Shown here: positions 20,697-33,860 of the stretch, one piece after another
How the letters are laid out: each line of letters opens with the position of its first letter
How positions within the stretch are numbered: position 1 is the stretch's first letter
Assembly (NCBI GenBank): GCA_051942205.1
Contig: JAVECO010000208.1
Coordinates: 1 to 37,830 of the forward strand
Reading direction: 5' to 3'
Length of the DNA stretch: 37,830 bases
Source: Coniocarpon cinnabarinum
Taxonomy: Eukaryota
Position numbers and translations under genes: made by a program
Notes under the pieces: model-generated
The model's database searches: none
What the model saw: only the letters and a program-made list of their open reading frames with translations
What the model was told of the DNA's origin: nothing

Positions 20697-23600
20697 AGGA
20701 AAACAATCCGAATATACATGCTGCAATACTCATCATGCAATACTCACACCTCAACCAAGACAAACGAAAAGACACTGCTAACGAAGTCATGATCTCAAAT
20801 CAGCCTATTTGGAGATCAAACTCGTCGCAAGCAATGCGTTCAGAAACTATCAATCGGGACTTGCGTCATCTCGGAGCTACTGGAACCCACGTGTGACCAC
20901 GTCGATGGTTTAGAGGTGAATTTGACTATGGCTATTTTTTTTTATATACAATGTGAGTCGCTTCGTGACGCCAATTCTCGTCGGGGCTGTCAGCGGGGAC
21001 ATTGCACTAGACGTGGAACCATAGTCGCGACGTCGAGATGGGATAGCAGAGAGCGGTGCTATAATATATTTATGACACAGTCCGTACATAAATCATGGTT
21101 CGTTCAGTCTTGGGAGCACAAAGTCATTCACCCTCCACACCGCAATTTTGCATGAAGAACACGACGCTCGTCATGTGGTATAATGCAAAGTATTTATCAT
21201 GTCGTCGTCCTCGCAAAGCCGAGCGCGTCGCAGCAGAAGAATCACGTGTCCTACCATCACCGTGAACGAGAGGGGCTAGGACGGTCATCGAAGTGATACC
21301 GACGTGAGCTGTCTCGCTTGCGGAATTGATGCAGCTCATTGCTGACCTCCACTGGAGCAGCACATATCAGCACATGTCGTCAGTCTATTTACCGCAAGCA
21401 TGTCATGACTGCATCGCGCGAAGCGTGGGTACTTGGAAATGCTCACACCGCTGCGATACTCACCGCCCATTAGCACCCCCCATAGCTTTCATGCAACATA
21501 GCGAAACGCGAGCCTATTACGGAAAAGAGCGACATCGCCAAGCAATCGCGACGGACGTCGGAGTCGCAATATGGTTCCAGGAGCGATGACGAACGCAGGG
21601 AGTCAGACATTCATGCGCTGACAGGACTGCAAGGAAATGACCGGGCGCGGGCGATAGAAAGGCTCAGTCTGAACGACAGCGGTGAGATCGACGACGAGTC
21701 ACTGTTGTGCTTGTTCAGAAGGCTCATGCGACCTTCGTCTCCACGGAGAAGTGTTTTGAGTGTCTGGAGAGACGAGGGGGAAATGATTTAACATCATGGC
21801 GGGAAAGACTTTGTACCTCTCTTTCTCAATTGTCTTTCATTATTCTGGCAACGTGTGTGTTGTCCTTGAAAGAGATGCGACTCGTAGCAAGGTCGATGGC
21901 CGCGTGCGGCGGGACCGATTAGCAAAGGTTTCGACATGTCCCTGGGAGGTACTTCATAGTATATATAGATAGCGTTGAGCTAAGGGAGCGACGTCGGTGG
22001 GTTGCATTGTTTTGAACGGAGGCTTGAGCAACGTAGCTGTCTCTGCGCCTCCATGTATATAAACATGACGGTGGATTATACATTTAGACGCGCATCCTTG
22101 GGATAATACAGGCAGCAAATACACGCACGGCACTGATTAGCCTTGCTCTGCGATGAAGCGAACGATCCCTGAGCAGGGGCGTCAGATATGTAAGATCAAT
22201 CTAATGACTCTATTAGGGCATGGAGTAGTGGCGATACCCTGTCGAGACAGTATGGCCTTCGTTGCCCGGCGTCTGCACCGTTAGCCTAGAAGAGAAGACA
22301 TCCACCCACAGTGTGGTCTCATGTCAGAAGAGATGATCACGAACCTTTACTGGAAGGAACATCTTCCTGTCAGGGCAAGTGAAGTTAATGCCTAGGCGTT
22401 TGATCGTGATTATCCCCTCGACTACACGTTAAGTCAAGATCGGAATACCCTTGAGAAACTCGAGCTCATATCGTCGCCACTGTCAAGAACCGAAGTGAGA
22501 CATAGACAAGTGAGTCGCTGTTTTGCTTCAAATCGCACGGCTGAGCAGTGGGGAGGCGGTTCGCAGAAGGGCTCAGCTTCATTTCGAGTTTCACGCTACT
22601 GATGATATCGTTGTGCTCTTCTTGTTCAGACGGATGAGCCCCGGACAACGCCAATGAGTGGAACGATCCAGGTCTCGACGCGATGAAGTGACGCGGCTGT
22701 GTGACGTTCGTGTCCGTCAAGGCCTTGAATCATCTGGATGTTGCTCGTGCTGTCAAGGCCTCCAAAGGAGAGGGGAAAGCTCTCGCACAACTACGTTGAG
22801 ACGCCAGGAGGAGGAGCAGACGAAGCCACCACCTCAAGCCTTAGCAGAGCAGTGCAAGCTCGCTGCACTAGTTCCTCTTTGCCAATAGGGGAGTTGCTGA
22901 GGCTCGGGCAAAGTGCTGCACTTGCTTGCCTGAAGAGCTGAGCCCTGCTTCACGACATGGAACGTGGGTATGAACGACGATGGAATCGAAGACTGGTTCT
23001 TGAAGCATGGCGCAGTGCTCAAACACATGCTGTGCAGAGGCTCAGACTCGTCAAGCAATCGAAAGGCATGCTCGCATGCTCGCATAGCAGCAAATTAACT
23101 CCCGCTCCACTCGCCAAGTAAAGGCACGACACTGCCATTGTGCAGCGTCGCACTTCCCGGGCAGAATCGAGGCAGTGACAGTGGCTCATAGCATAGCAGG
23201 GCTGTGCACTTGTCCAGTCAATTGTTCGCGACGCGAGCCTCATATCAGCGATGGTGAAAGCGGCGCAATTTCAGTGGCAAATACCGACACAACGGTTTGG
23301 TAACCGTTGAGTCTGCCTGCTATGTCAGACCTTTGTTGCACGTGGTCAAACGCAGGGTTGAGCAGCAGGCAACTGGCGATCGGATTGCTTATGGTTCGCG
23401 CAAGGCATCCGCTGCCTTTTTTGCCTGTCCCAACAGAATTCAGGTGGAGCTGCTACCCAAGAGATCGCGTTTCCGACACTGCGGCTGTTGGTGGAGGTAC
23501 TCAACATGTTGCGTAAGATTACTAATGCCGATGAATCGTGGATCCAGCTCAGACCATGACACAGACGAGATCAGGACACCTGCGAAGGTTTCTATAGAAA

Positions 23601-26098
23601 ACAAACAATGCAAGACGTGCTGGCAATTGCTTGGTCAAGCTTTCTGAAAGATGAACATGATCATATGCAATCCTGCTTGTTGGTACTCGTGTCTTAGATG
23701 CCGACGCATGCTTTGGGTTATAGGAAATCGCTACCTTTTGGAGGACAAGTGATAGTCGCTACACTTGAGATATAGATTCTTACAGAGATTTAGTATGGAA
23801 TAGGAATGTTTCCACAAGTCAATGAATAGCTTGAGAGCTTCGTCCACAAGGCAGAATGCATCAAAGTATGATTGAGGAAAATGTGTATTGAAGATTCGTT
23901 GCTATTGATGTGAAAACGCACACATCTGCGTGATAGTATGCTCGGTTCCTCATGCTCACCGTGCTAGAGCTTCCGTACTACGATTATGGGATGAGTCCGT
24001 ACATTCCAGTGGACTTAGCGATGTCTTCGAGTAGATGGGAGAAAGATGACAGACAATGGAACATTACGGCCAGACCGCTCTCTGTCCAAAACAACTCGGA
24101 ATGAGGCAGCGTCTGTGGGAAGACGTGGAAAACGACGCTATGAGGACAGAAATGCCGGGTCCGAGTCATGTGAGACATGACTGGCAGTGTTTCTAAGCCA
24201 AATTGATGATTCGTGGAAGAGGATGATGAGGCGGTGAACAAATGTAGGACCAACCTTGTTCAATCAGGCAAAGTAGTCCAATCCCATGTAAAGAGGACTT
24301 GCTACGTCGCAGCAGAATCATTTTCTGAGTTCAATTTTGTTGGCATCGATCGGCATCGTGCATAGGACACTCGTTTCGATTCTCTCGTACGAATATACGA
24401 ATATGAGGCTCTGCCGAGACTTTAACTGCCGATGTAGGAGCTCGATGCTAATGCACGTTAGCCGAATGCAGTTGTAGATAGTGCAATCTTCGAAAACTGT
24501 GTCTAGACTTCCGACGATGCTCCCACATTGGCTGCAGGCCCTGGCTCGGTGTATTGAACACGGAAATATGATTCGTTAGTAGCATTCACTCGATGCGAGA
24601 TCGCTCAAGCGTGTCTCTTTTGGTGTAATAAATACTGAGGCTAGGAGGTTGGGTCTAGGTTCCCGTGCAGCATCACGACGCTAGGGGAAACACACAACCA
24701 ATCGTACACGATGCTGTGCTTCACGGGGTGGTGGTAGGACGTTTCTGTGGCACAGACAGGATATAGCCGACGTGACTTGACCACAGACTTGAGGTGCACG
24801 AGCTTTGCATCCCTGTGCGCAAACCAGGAGATGCTTGGGCATCAAGAAATTCAGATTGCGGTCAGAGATCTCGATGGAACAGGGACATTCACGATCAGGC
24901 CTCAATTGGGATGGTTGCTTGATGTTGGTGGCGATAAGAGAGCTGGCAGATAACGAGACATTGGATGCCTGTCGGGCACCAGAAATGGGTAGGGCGAGAC
25001 TGGGCAAGGGAAATCCGCACTGAACCCATCCACCCACTTCACTCATCCGCTCACTTGAACGCTCAGCTGAAGAGCTGGCTACCAAAATTCAGTGCGACCG
25101 TACCAACCATATCATGTGCAGGACATTGTATAAGAGCTGCAATAACGCTACACGCAAGATCAATAGGAGTCGTTGGCCTCAGCTACGGGCCAGAGCGTGC
25201 AGTGCTGCTGGAGCCTGGACGGATGCGCTGGCATGCAGGGGGACGAATGCGGCTCTGCCAGTCAGAGGACGAAGCTGCTATGGTCCAGAAGAAGCAAGTC
25301 GCAGAGTGAGCGGGCGGAGCGAAGCTTAGCAAGGTGCTTGAGTCGTGGATGTTGCGGTCCGTGAAGGGCGGGCGGCTTGGGAAGAATTGTTGGGATGGGA
25401 GCTTGGGCTCAAAGAGGGGTAGAATACAGGGAAGGTACGGAGGGAGAGACAGAGATGGAGATGTGCGAGTGGAGGAAATGGAAGCCGGGCAGCGGGTGAA
25501 GGAGAAGAGACGCAACAGACGCAAGAGACGCCACACGCCCCTCTGAATCAGCGGCATTGAGTTTGCCAAGAGTACCGAGGCATCCGCATCAGGCACCCAC
25601 ATCAGGCACCCAGGGAATAGCTGCCGCACCCGTGACACGGACCACGGAGCTTTCTTGCCGGGACCGGGTGCCACAGACCTGTCCTCACATCTCTCCACGG
25701 TAGACTAGCCAGCTAGCGAGAATGTGTACCACGGACGGACCTGTTCGATCTCCCGACACCCCGTCTTGATCTCGTCGACTTCATGCGTGATGCCCACCCC
25801 ATTGCCTCAGCAGCAACAAGCGAGAAGCAGCGCGCGGAGGCTACTTGCTTGCTTGCCGGACTCACAGCCTCAAGACCCACTCGCATCGACAGCTGACCCA
25901 GGAGTTGTATCGCTATCTGGAGAGCCCGAACTTGCAATCTCATGGCGTAATGATTGATTGGCCTTGCGACCAAGCTCTAAAGAATGACCACTTCCTCTTA
26001 GCGCCCTCGCCAGATCTTCCTCTAGTCGAGTTCCTCAGACTCCTCCATGCCCAACTGACTCCCATCACCCAAGGTCACGAGCAGAGTGCCCCATCTTG

Positions 26099-26457
26099 TC
26101 ATCGCTTGTCCTTCCCCTGCTTTGCTCGGTGACTACGTTGAGATCCGCTAGTAGATCTGGTGCTCGAGCCGGGATCGGCAAACTTCGATCCGCCCTTGTT
26201 ATGCTTCTTGGAGCCCGAAGGAATGCCCATGTTGCCTGGAATCATGATAAGCTCAATGCGTGCGTGCCGTGTCGGAGCTCCATACCGTTCAGAGCGAGAA
26301 GCCCCCCTGTATAGGGCCGGCTGCTGCTGCTGCTCGTATCCGGCATGTGCTTGCTGCTCGAGTGGGAAGAGGTCTGATGGTGCTGCTTGGGGCCTCTGTT
26401 GGAAGGCTTAAACTGGCTACCGATGCCCGCCAGGAGGTCGCTGCGCGAAGAGCTCAT
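26099..26457 (-). CDS. Candidate small Ser/Gly/Lys-rich disordered protein; complement(join(26099..26235,26286..26457)), 102 aa
   Basis: TATATAAAA about 100 bp upstream on the minus strand and a CT-rich leader. A 50-nt GTATGG...CAG intron joins MSSSRSDLLAGIGSQF...LLALNG in frame to NMGIPSGSKKHNKGGSKFADPGSSTRSTSGSQRSHRAKQGKDKR. The branch site is weak. Confidence 0.4.
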
Positions 26458-27773
26458 AGAAAGGGGAACAGAAGAGACCGGAAAACGTGTGAAGACGTGG
26501 TTGTTTGAGTCGAAAATTTAACTCGAGAAAGCGTCGATAGAGTAAGCAGGAGCAAACGTTTTATATATCCATACTTCTTGCTGTCCGAGTCGTGGATGTT
26601 CGCTGAAATGGGCGTGTCCGCCATCCGCACTGCCTCCAGTATCCGAGCAGTGCCACGGGCTTAGGTGGCCAGAGAAAGGGTTTTCAACATAGCTGCTGCG
26701 GTTCGAAGCTTTTCACAGCCTAAGCACAATCTGTGCGACCGACGGGGCTCGTCCGCAGCCAGAACAAGATGTGAGCTGTCTGGTGGCAAACCGGAGGTGG
26801 AGTGGAGACCAGAGGCTAAGCTCAAGCTTCAGACACCTTAGCCGGAGAGGAGTTCTGAAGAGTGGAGCTGCCTACAACCTGATACACGAATGATACCTCC
26901 GGAAACAGGGGCAGAGTCAGGATGGGATAGGTGCCTCAAAGGGCTTCTGCGGTAGCAAAACTTCTTCGCTAGCGAGTAGCATCTCTTTTGTGTGAGCTTG
27001 GGATTGTCTTAAGGCCCAAGCTGACTCGCGATGGTGCGCATTCCGTCACAGAGTGGGACAATTTGCAACCAGCGTGGCTTTGCGCTGTGATGGAGCGCAC
27101 CCTCAACCAGCCTGACTCCATGTTGCAGCCAACAGGTCACACAGAGTGCTACTCGGTGGAAATTTGGCTGAGGCTTTGACTGATGGTCTAGGCAACGGCC
27201 GCAATACCAGTAAATAATAATTCTTTCGTACTGGTATGGAGCACCGACGCTTGGGCACGTTCAAGCAGGCAATAACGCCTGTGTCGCGCAAAGGCTATGG
27301 TAGGCTTCATGAGCGCGCTGAGCCGCGATGCCTGGTGGCTGTGAAAGCAAACATTCATCAACACGCGAGAGGTGAGGTCGCGCTACGACAAAGAAAACAA
27401 ACTTAATTGTCTGTTGCGTGGGGATCGGAAAGTCGGGGCAACCAGAACGTCCAGGGGTCCTTTTCAGCCGGTCTAGGGGCTTACGTCATGTCTCACATGT
27501 CAAAAGCGCTAATTTACATGTGAACCTTTCGTTCAACGACTCGCTCCAGACACTCGCCCGGCTCGAAGAAAGCACAATCACTCATGTCCATCGATGGCGA
27601 ACTACCATTCTCACACAGAGGAACGCAGAGCATGGTGATTTGATTCATGAACTCTCGAGATATATATCAATTCGTCATAGTACCGCCATCTATGGTCGTC
27701 ATTGCGTGACCTCGTCAAATGTACTCAAACATAACATTGAATCTACAATCATGTGCGATCATCTGGGTGATGA

Positions 27774-29971
27774 TTATGCAGACACCGGCAGCTCATTGTG
27801 AGCGGGCACATCGGGCGGTTTCCATTCTGGAACGAACATCTGTCCGGTAAACCAGTGCTCGGATTCGTAATCTTCGGTGTTTGCCAGGTGATTGAAGCCT
27901 GCCAAACGCTCCTGTATAGTATCGATCAGCTCCGTGACAAAGTCATCTTTGTCTTCCTTCCATCTGGCAATCTTCTTCTTCTTCAGCTGCTCCGAAGATT
28001 TCTGTTCAGAATCAGCTTTGGTCAGAGTCCTTTCGAATGGCTTCTTTCCTCCGCAAACGACATGGTAATGCAGGAGAAGGCATCTCGCGCCAGCGTGAAG
28101 ACGAGTGACGAACTCCTTTGAGGTGTACCGCTTAGACGAACCGTAGCTACGTGAGAAGTTCCACTGGTGAACCATCGACATGTGATAATGATTCAACAGT
28201 ATGAAAACAGCCAAGGTGAGCTCCAGCCAGCGGTCTTTTCGTTTGTGCGTTATTATACCATCTAGAAGCTTGATCACCTTCTTTTTGAGAGGACAGAGGA
28301 CCTGGTCTACCAGTATCACTGCGAGTTGCTCGTCAATGGCGGGAGCGGACACAAGCGTGGCGCCAGCCTCAAGGTCTAGAGTTTGTGAACCTTCAAAACT
28401 CCAGCCGCCTTCGATGAGTCGTCCAGCAGTCCAAAATCGAAGAACATCAGTCAAAAATGAGGGCTCAGATGAGCCGGAGTTTTCTTGAGCCAAACGGTCG
28501 GCACCTCTGAAGATGAGCTTCGTGAGATCATCCTTGCCCGACACATAATATTCGACACACTTGTTCACACTTCGCCTGACAAAATCGTTGGCCGCAACGG
28601 CGGCGGCAGATCGGTCTGCCACTTGATAGCGGTGTGCGAGAAGGCGTTGCTGCTCCGCAGGCATTTCACGATAAACTTCGTCTGCAATAATGATAGGGCA
28701 AACCTCCAGGTCAACAGCCTCTCCGAACTCTTGACGAAGCTTAATTGGGACGATTGGGCCCTCACATGTGATACGACTTGCATTACTCTTCAAGTACTCA
28801 AAAATCGTTCGCGAAACTTTGTGTTTTCTAGCGTTGACGGTCCCAGCGCCAGTCCGATAGAGAGTAATCTCACTGAGCCGATCTCTGGAACAAAGACAGA
28901 AGAAAACAATTTTTTTCAAGCAACGCGTACAGGCGGCATCATCAGGGCCTTGTACGCAGTGTTTGTGATGCATGCGACACTTGATGCAACCACCTTGCGA
29001 AGACCCCTCTGAGGTTGCAGGTGTTTTAGAGATGAATGGCGGCGAAGGGTTGGTCTTACGCCTCTTCCTACTTCTTTCTGGAACCAATTCTTGACTCTGA
29101 AGAAGATGAGCCGCATTAGCGTGAAGAGGTTGCAAGCTCAACCCGTCACCTCGGAGAAAGTGCGGTTGATGACAACATTCACACAGTGGTAGGTGCGAGC
29201 CCATCTGCGTCAAGTCGTTCGTATGTGGTGCAATCTCAGGCCCAGGAGAGACCGCATCCGAAGTTACAGCTATGCCGTGTTGTGGTGGAAAATGATTAGT
29301 CGACGGACCAGTATAGTTTTGGTTGACGATCATGTATTCGCTTGTGCTGGGATGAGAGGGCAGTTGCACGGGGCCGGAATCGTGATACTCAAGCGCGTGA
29401 TCGAAGAAAGCTTGGTTTGTCCGATTCAAGGATGCTCCGAGGATAGCGGCGTCGAGACGCTCGGGTGGGACAAAGGCAAAGCCCACAGAGGATGGATTCA
29501 AAGTAGCATCGTGATAGTCGCCCCAATTCTCATCATTGAAGCTGTCGAAGCTGTGGTATGACGCGGGTACATCCACCGCACCGACATTTGGACCGGAGGA
29601 AGGGAACATAAGATTTGGTGTTTTGTATGGGTCAGGGAACGTGTCGAACACCGCAGCTTCGGGCCTGCGCCATAGCGCAGCAGGTGAGAGGCCTAGTGAG
29701 GTCAGTTTGAGAGCGGGCGCAACTGCAAGACCTTGCTCGTCTACAAACCTGGATCGCTCAGGCCGGTCTGTTGAATAGGAGGTTGGCCAAACACAAAAGT
29801 GTCGGCGGCCTGCTGCAGGAAGTGAAGTTGCTGAGGATCAGGTTGGTTAGGAGTCGCCTGGCCGGGATCTACAACAGCGGGAAGACTAGGACCATGGGTC
29901 GGGTCTAAGTAGGGCGTGTTGTTCGACCAGGCATGCAATTGCTGGTCGTCTGGTGTTGTTTTAGACTGCAT
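27774..29971 (-). CDS. Zn(II)2Cys6 fungal transcription factor; complement(join(27774..29692,29749..29971)), 713 aa
   Basis: CIKCRMHHKHCVQGPDDAACTRCLKKIVFFC fits the Zn2Cys6 spacing and follows an NLS-like RSRKRRK. Intron 29693-29748 (GTTTGT...ACTGAC...TAG) adds an in-frame N-terminal exon. Confidence 0.85.
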
Positions 29972-30772
29972 GATGTCTGCCCCTCAGCGCTGAGGTGCGT
30001 CTGAGCGCGGTGACAGGTGAGAGCAATGGCGCAAGGCACAAGGCTGCGACAGGATATTGAATGCCGTTGAATGAGGTGAGGTGAGTTGTGATCTGTACAG
30101 AGTACATGGGCGAGGCCAAGGTATTTCACGCCTGATGGCCCTCATCATTGGCTTCCGCCTCACTTTTCCAAAGAGCTTGGCCGATGGGTTGGTAATGGTC
30201 GCAGACATAAAGCTTTCCCAACGCGCCCCTCGTTTCCCCTCGTGAAGAGCAAGATGCATCGGCCAAGGTAGCTTGATAAAAGTCGGAGCGCGCGCACAGG
30301 CCGGGTCGATGAGAGCTTTAAAGCGCCTTGTGCAGATGACCAGCGGCGTGATTGGCTCAGCAGTCGCGCCTTGTTCCATTCGAGCTCGTGGCGTCTGGTC
30401 GCTCGCCTGAGTTGCATTGATGGCCCCTGGCCAGGTCGGCTCGCGACGAAGTATAAAAGTCGGAAGGCCAACAACTTACCGGCGATCGCCCTCTTCTACA
30501 CCATCCCATTCCCGCAAATACTTGAAGAATTTGCGTCTAGAGGAGGCTGCATGTGAAGATGTATCTGCACATTGAAGACCAACTTCGGCTGCTGTCACGC
30601 ATTCACGACCCTTCATTCTTGGATAGAGAGTACTGAGAAACCAAAGCATTCAACATCCCCAGTCTTGTCCATGTAAAGCTGCACTTGACATCAAGACACC
30701 GTCTCGACCGAGACAATGATGACATGATGATCACGCTAGTGACACCTGACGCCATTGCGCACGTTATCGCGC

Positions 30773-32608
30773 CTATTTGGCCTTAGGTCTTCTGCCAGAG
30801 CCGTCCCCTCCAGTACCACCTATAATAAGCATGTCAGTCCCCCTTTGTTGAGAGGTCGGGCCTCCCATCTCATCTTCTGAGCTTTCTTCTCCTTCGCTGC
30901 TTGAGTCACTTTCCCTATTCTCTTCGTCAGAGCCCTGTGGCTCGCTGTTGTCCCCTTCGTCTTCTTGCTCGTCCTCACTCCGTTGACTCTTCTTTTCGTC
31001 GTTGTCTGAATTTTCGTCGTCCGACGCGTGCTGACTTTCAGCATCGCTATCTTCTGCGTCATCTTCTGGTGCATCGACCCCTTGAGCCCCTGAAGCCTTG
31101 GCCGCTGACGATGAAGATGCAGTTCTGTTCCCTTCACTACTTGCGCTTGCACTGTCAACAGTGCGCATGTCGTTCTTCAGAAACAATTCATCTGAAGTTC
31201 CCTTATGACTCTCTTCAAAGCTGTTCAGCCTGAAAGGCATATCTTCTCCCGTGTCCTTCTCTGGAAAAGTATGCTCAAAGCGCTTTTTCAACTCAGGCGG
31301 CAGTTCCGGACAGCTGTGTGTCTGCTTCAGCCACATGCGTAGCAAATGTCTCTGCTGATGCCCAACAAGTCCCAAGTCAGACTCCCCATCGTGGAACTGA
31401 CTCCTACTATGAAGCAGCGCTAGGTTGTTGGCAAGTAGGATATCTCCGGCTTCTAATTTAATCCAAGCAGCATGCTTATTGGCGCTGGCTTCGAGTGCTT
31501 CAAGAGCGGATTTGCGGTTATGAGAGGGCTGCTTGTCAGAAGGTATCGTGGAGACTGTTGGTGAGTAGCTAATGACAACTTTATCCTCGGCTTGGTAGAA
31601 GACGGGCTGCCTGAACCAGGATGGCGTGTTTCTGCTCCTCCCATTAGCCATTGCAAAGATCAAACGGCTGTGTGTTCGAACCTACTCTGCGATCACAGAA
31701 TCCTCGTTTGCCAGATCCCTGATGACATCTGGCCTTGCGGCTGCGAGCTCATTGTACACTGTTGCAGATGAGGCTAGAGCCGTATCACCTCCATGCAATG
31801 CCGGTGAGAGCATGAAAAGTGCCAGAATTTGACAGATTTGATCCGTATGGAAAGGCTGTTCGTATGGTAAGTGAGAAGATTCCTTCAAACAATTTGTGTC
31901 GGAAACACAACCTGAGCGATGTTGTCAAAGGCTGGGCAGAGCGGGGTGCTCAAGTCATTTCTAGCTGACCGCAATCTCGTGATATGCACTAAACATAGCT
32001 GACATTAGTCAAAGCAGATGAGCGTGCGAGCACACGGGTCAGACCCAGTCTATCGCCCTTGGAAGTCTGTCGACCCCGTTGGTCCCCAAAGAAACTAGCC
32101 AGTGCCAAGAAGATTATGGTGTTGTCCAGTCGCGACCGCTGTTGCGGATCCAGACCTCGAATGACCACATAGCCAGAGCCTGATTGAACGATTTCGCTCT
32201 GCCGTTTTAAGATTCGTCCAAGCGTTGGTAGAGGACAGGTTTGCGTATTGACCTTGTTCAGATCGAGTCCAAGCACTGCAAACATATCAGAATAGAATTA
32301 AACATCCGCAGTAACATTAAAAACTATCGCGAACCTTTGAAAGAGTTGACTGCAGTCTCCAGCTCATGCTGTTGCTCGCACGATAAATTCAGAACGTTCG
32401 GAGAAAATCCTTTGTCCAGCCCACTCCAAGCCGCTGGACCATGGATACGAGCGGGCCACCCAATTGGCAGAGCAGCAACTGTACTGGAGGACGAATGGGG
32501 CGAGGGGATCTGTGCACCGTGTTCAGCACCGTTGGGATGACTTGATGCTCGCTGGCCCACAGTGACGTCAAGAGGTGGCGGCGTCAGACTTGACGCAGCA
32601 AGGGACAT
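30773..32608 (-). CDS. TauD/clavaminate-synthase-like Fe(II)/2-oxoglutarate dioxygenase with acidic tail; complement(join(30773..31631,31686..31855,31912..31988,32045..32275,32335..32608)), 536 aa
   Basis: GSGYVVIRGL, HxD ligands in PFHTD, SSATVYNELAAARPD, GDILLANNLALLHSR (distal His) and RHLLRMWL. Four GT-AG introns give a continuous frame. Confidence 0.85.
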
Positions 32609-33860
32609 GATTGACTATGATCTGCTCTGGGAGCAGAGGCCGCGGGCAAGCTTGCGTACGAGCTAGGTCCAGGCATGAGATGCAGCGCGAACCATCGGTC
32701 AGGAGGGAAACCTGGAGGGAAAGTCTAATCTCTTGACTCTGGCAACTTTACAACCGCCCACCATGGATGCGGCTCTGCGGATAACAGCACAGCAAGTTCA
32801 AGCTTCCAGTCAGAGACGAACAGCAAAATGAACTAAAGGCCAGCATAGCGCTTGCGCATGACTCTGATGTGTGATCGGCATTCGAACCCGCAACAAAACT
32901 CTCTAGTGGCGTTTCTCCTAAGAACGTGGGTCCCAACCCAGAAAATTCTTGAACCGCTTTCGGCTTCGATGCTCGCTGAGAAACAATCGAAGAGAACATG
33001 GAATTTCAATGGAAACGCTATCTGACGAGGACGTTAGCACAAGCAGAGCAAAATCAGAACACGACTTTCGCTGTTGCCCTTCGTGTTTTCACGAGCAAGC
33101 AAACGACCAGGGCCAGCCATGTCGAGCAGGACGCCAGTTGCAACAGGGTTGCAGCATCCTATACGCATCATGGCAAGCCCTCTGCAGCGCGAGTCCCAAC
33201 TGGGACAGCTCTGCCGCGTTGACTGTTTATCCATCAGCTGATCTACTAGACGAGGTCAAAACATTCCTGACGATGCAAGAGATGGAAAAACCTGTCAGCT
33301 TGTGGCAAAAAACCTTTTCATTTCATACACAAGACATGCGGAATCCTTTACGAAATGAAAGGACATGAGGACGTGCGTATACCGACAGAAAGGGGCGAAA
33401 AGCTGACATCAGACATGCACATCATCGAGCCATCAAACCGTAGCGCCGGGTCCAGTGGCACCAACCAGCCGACTCCCACAGGGACGTTTCATTGCTTGCA
33501 TGAGGAACGAGAGAGGAGACCAATCAACGAAGGATTAGACTCAAGGGGCTGAGGGGAAAGAGGGGAAGGGAACTCAGGTTCATGTGCGTTGTATGTATGG
33601 AGTACATACTACATAATGACTGCATGTGAATGGACTGCAGCTGTGTCTGGAGAATACGTGGCACTGAAGCTCAATCACGTGACTTTTCTTCGATCACGTG
33701 CGCAGCCATATGTGGGACTCGCCTCAGCACGCCTCCTATCAGTCAGAACAAGATGATAGTGGGTACATACTCACATACAATAGTACTCATACAGACCTCA
33801 CTGATGCAATCGCTATGCAAAACCGGAGTGGCGAAGTTTATCTGACCTCCAAAGATCCAC

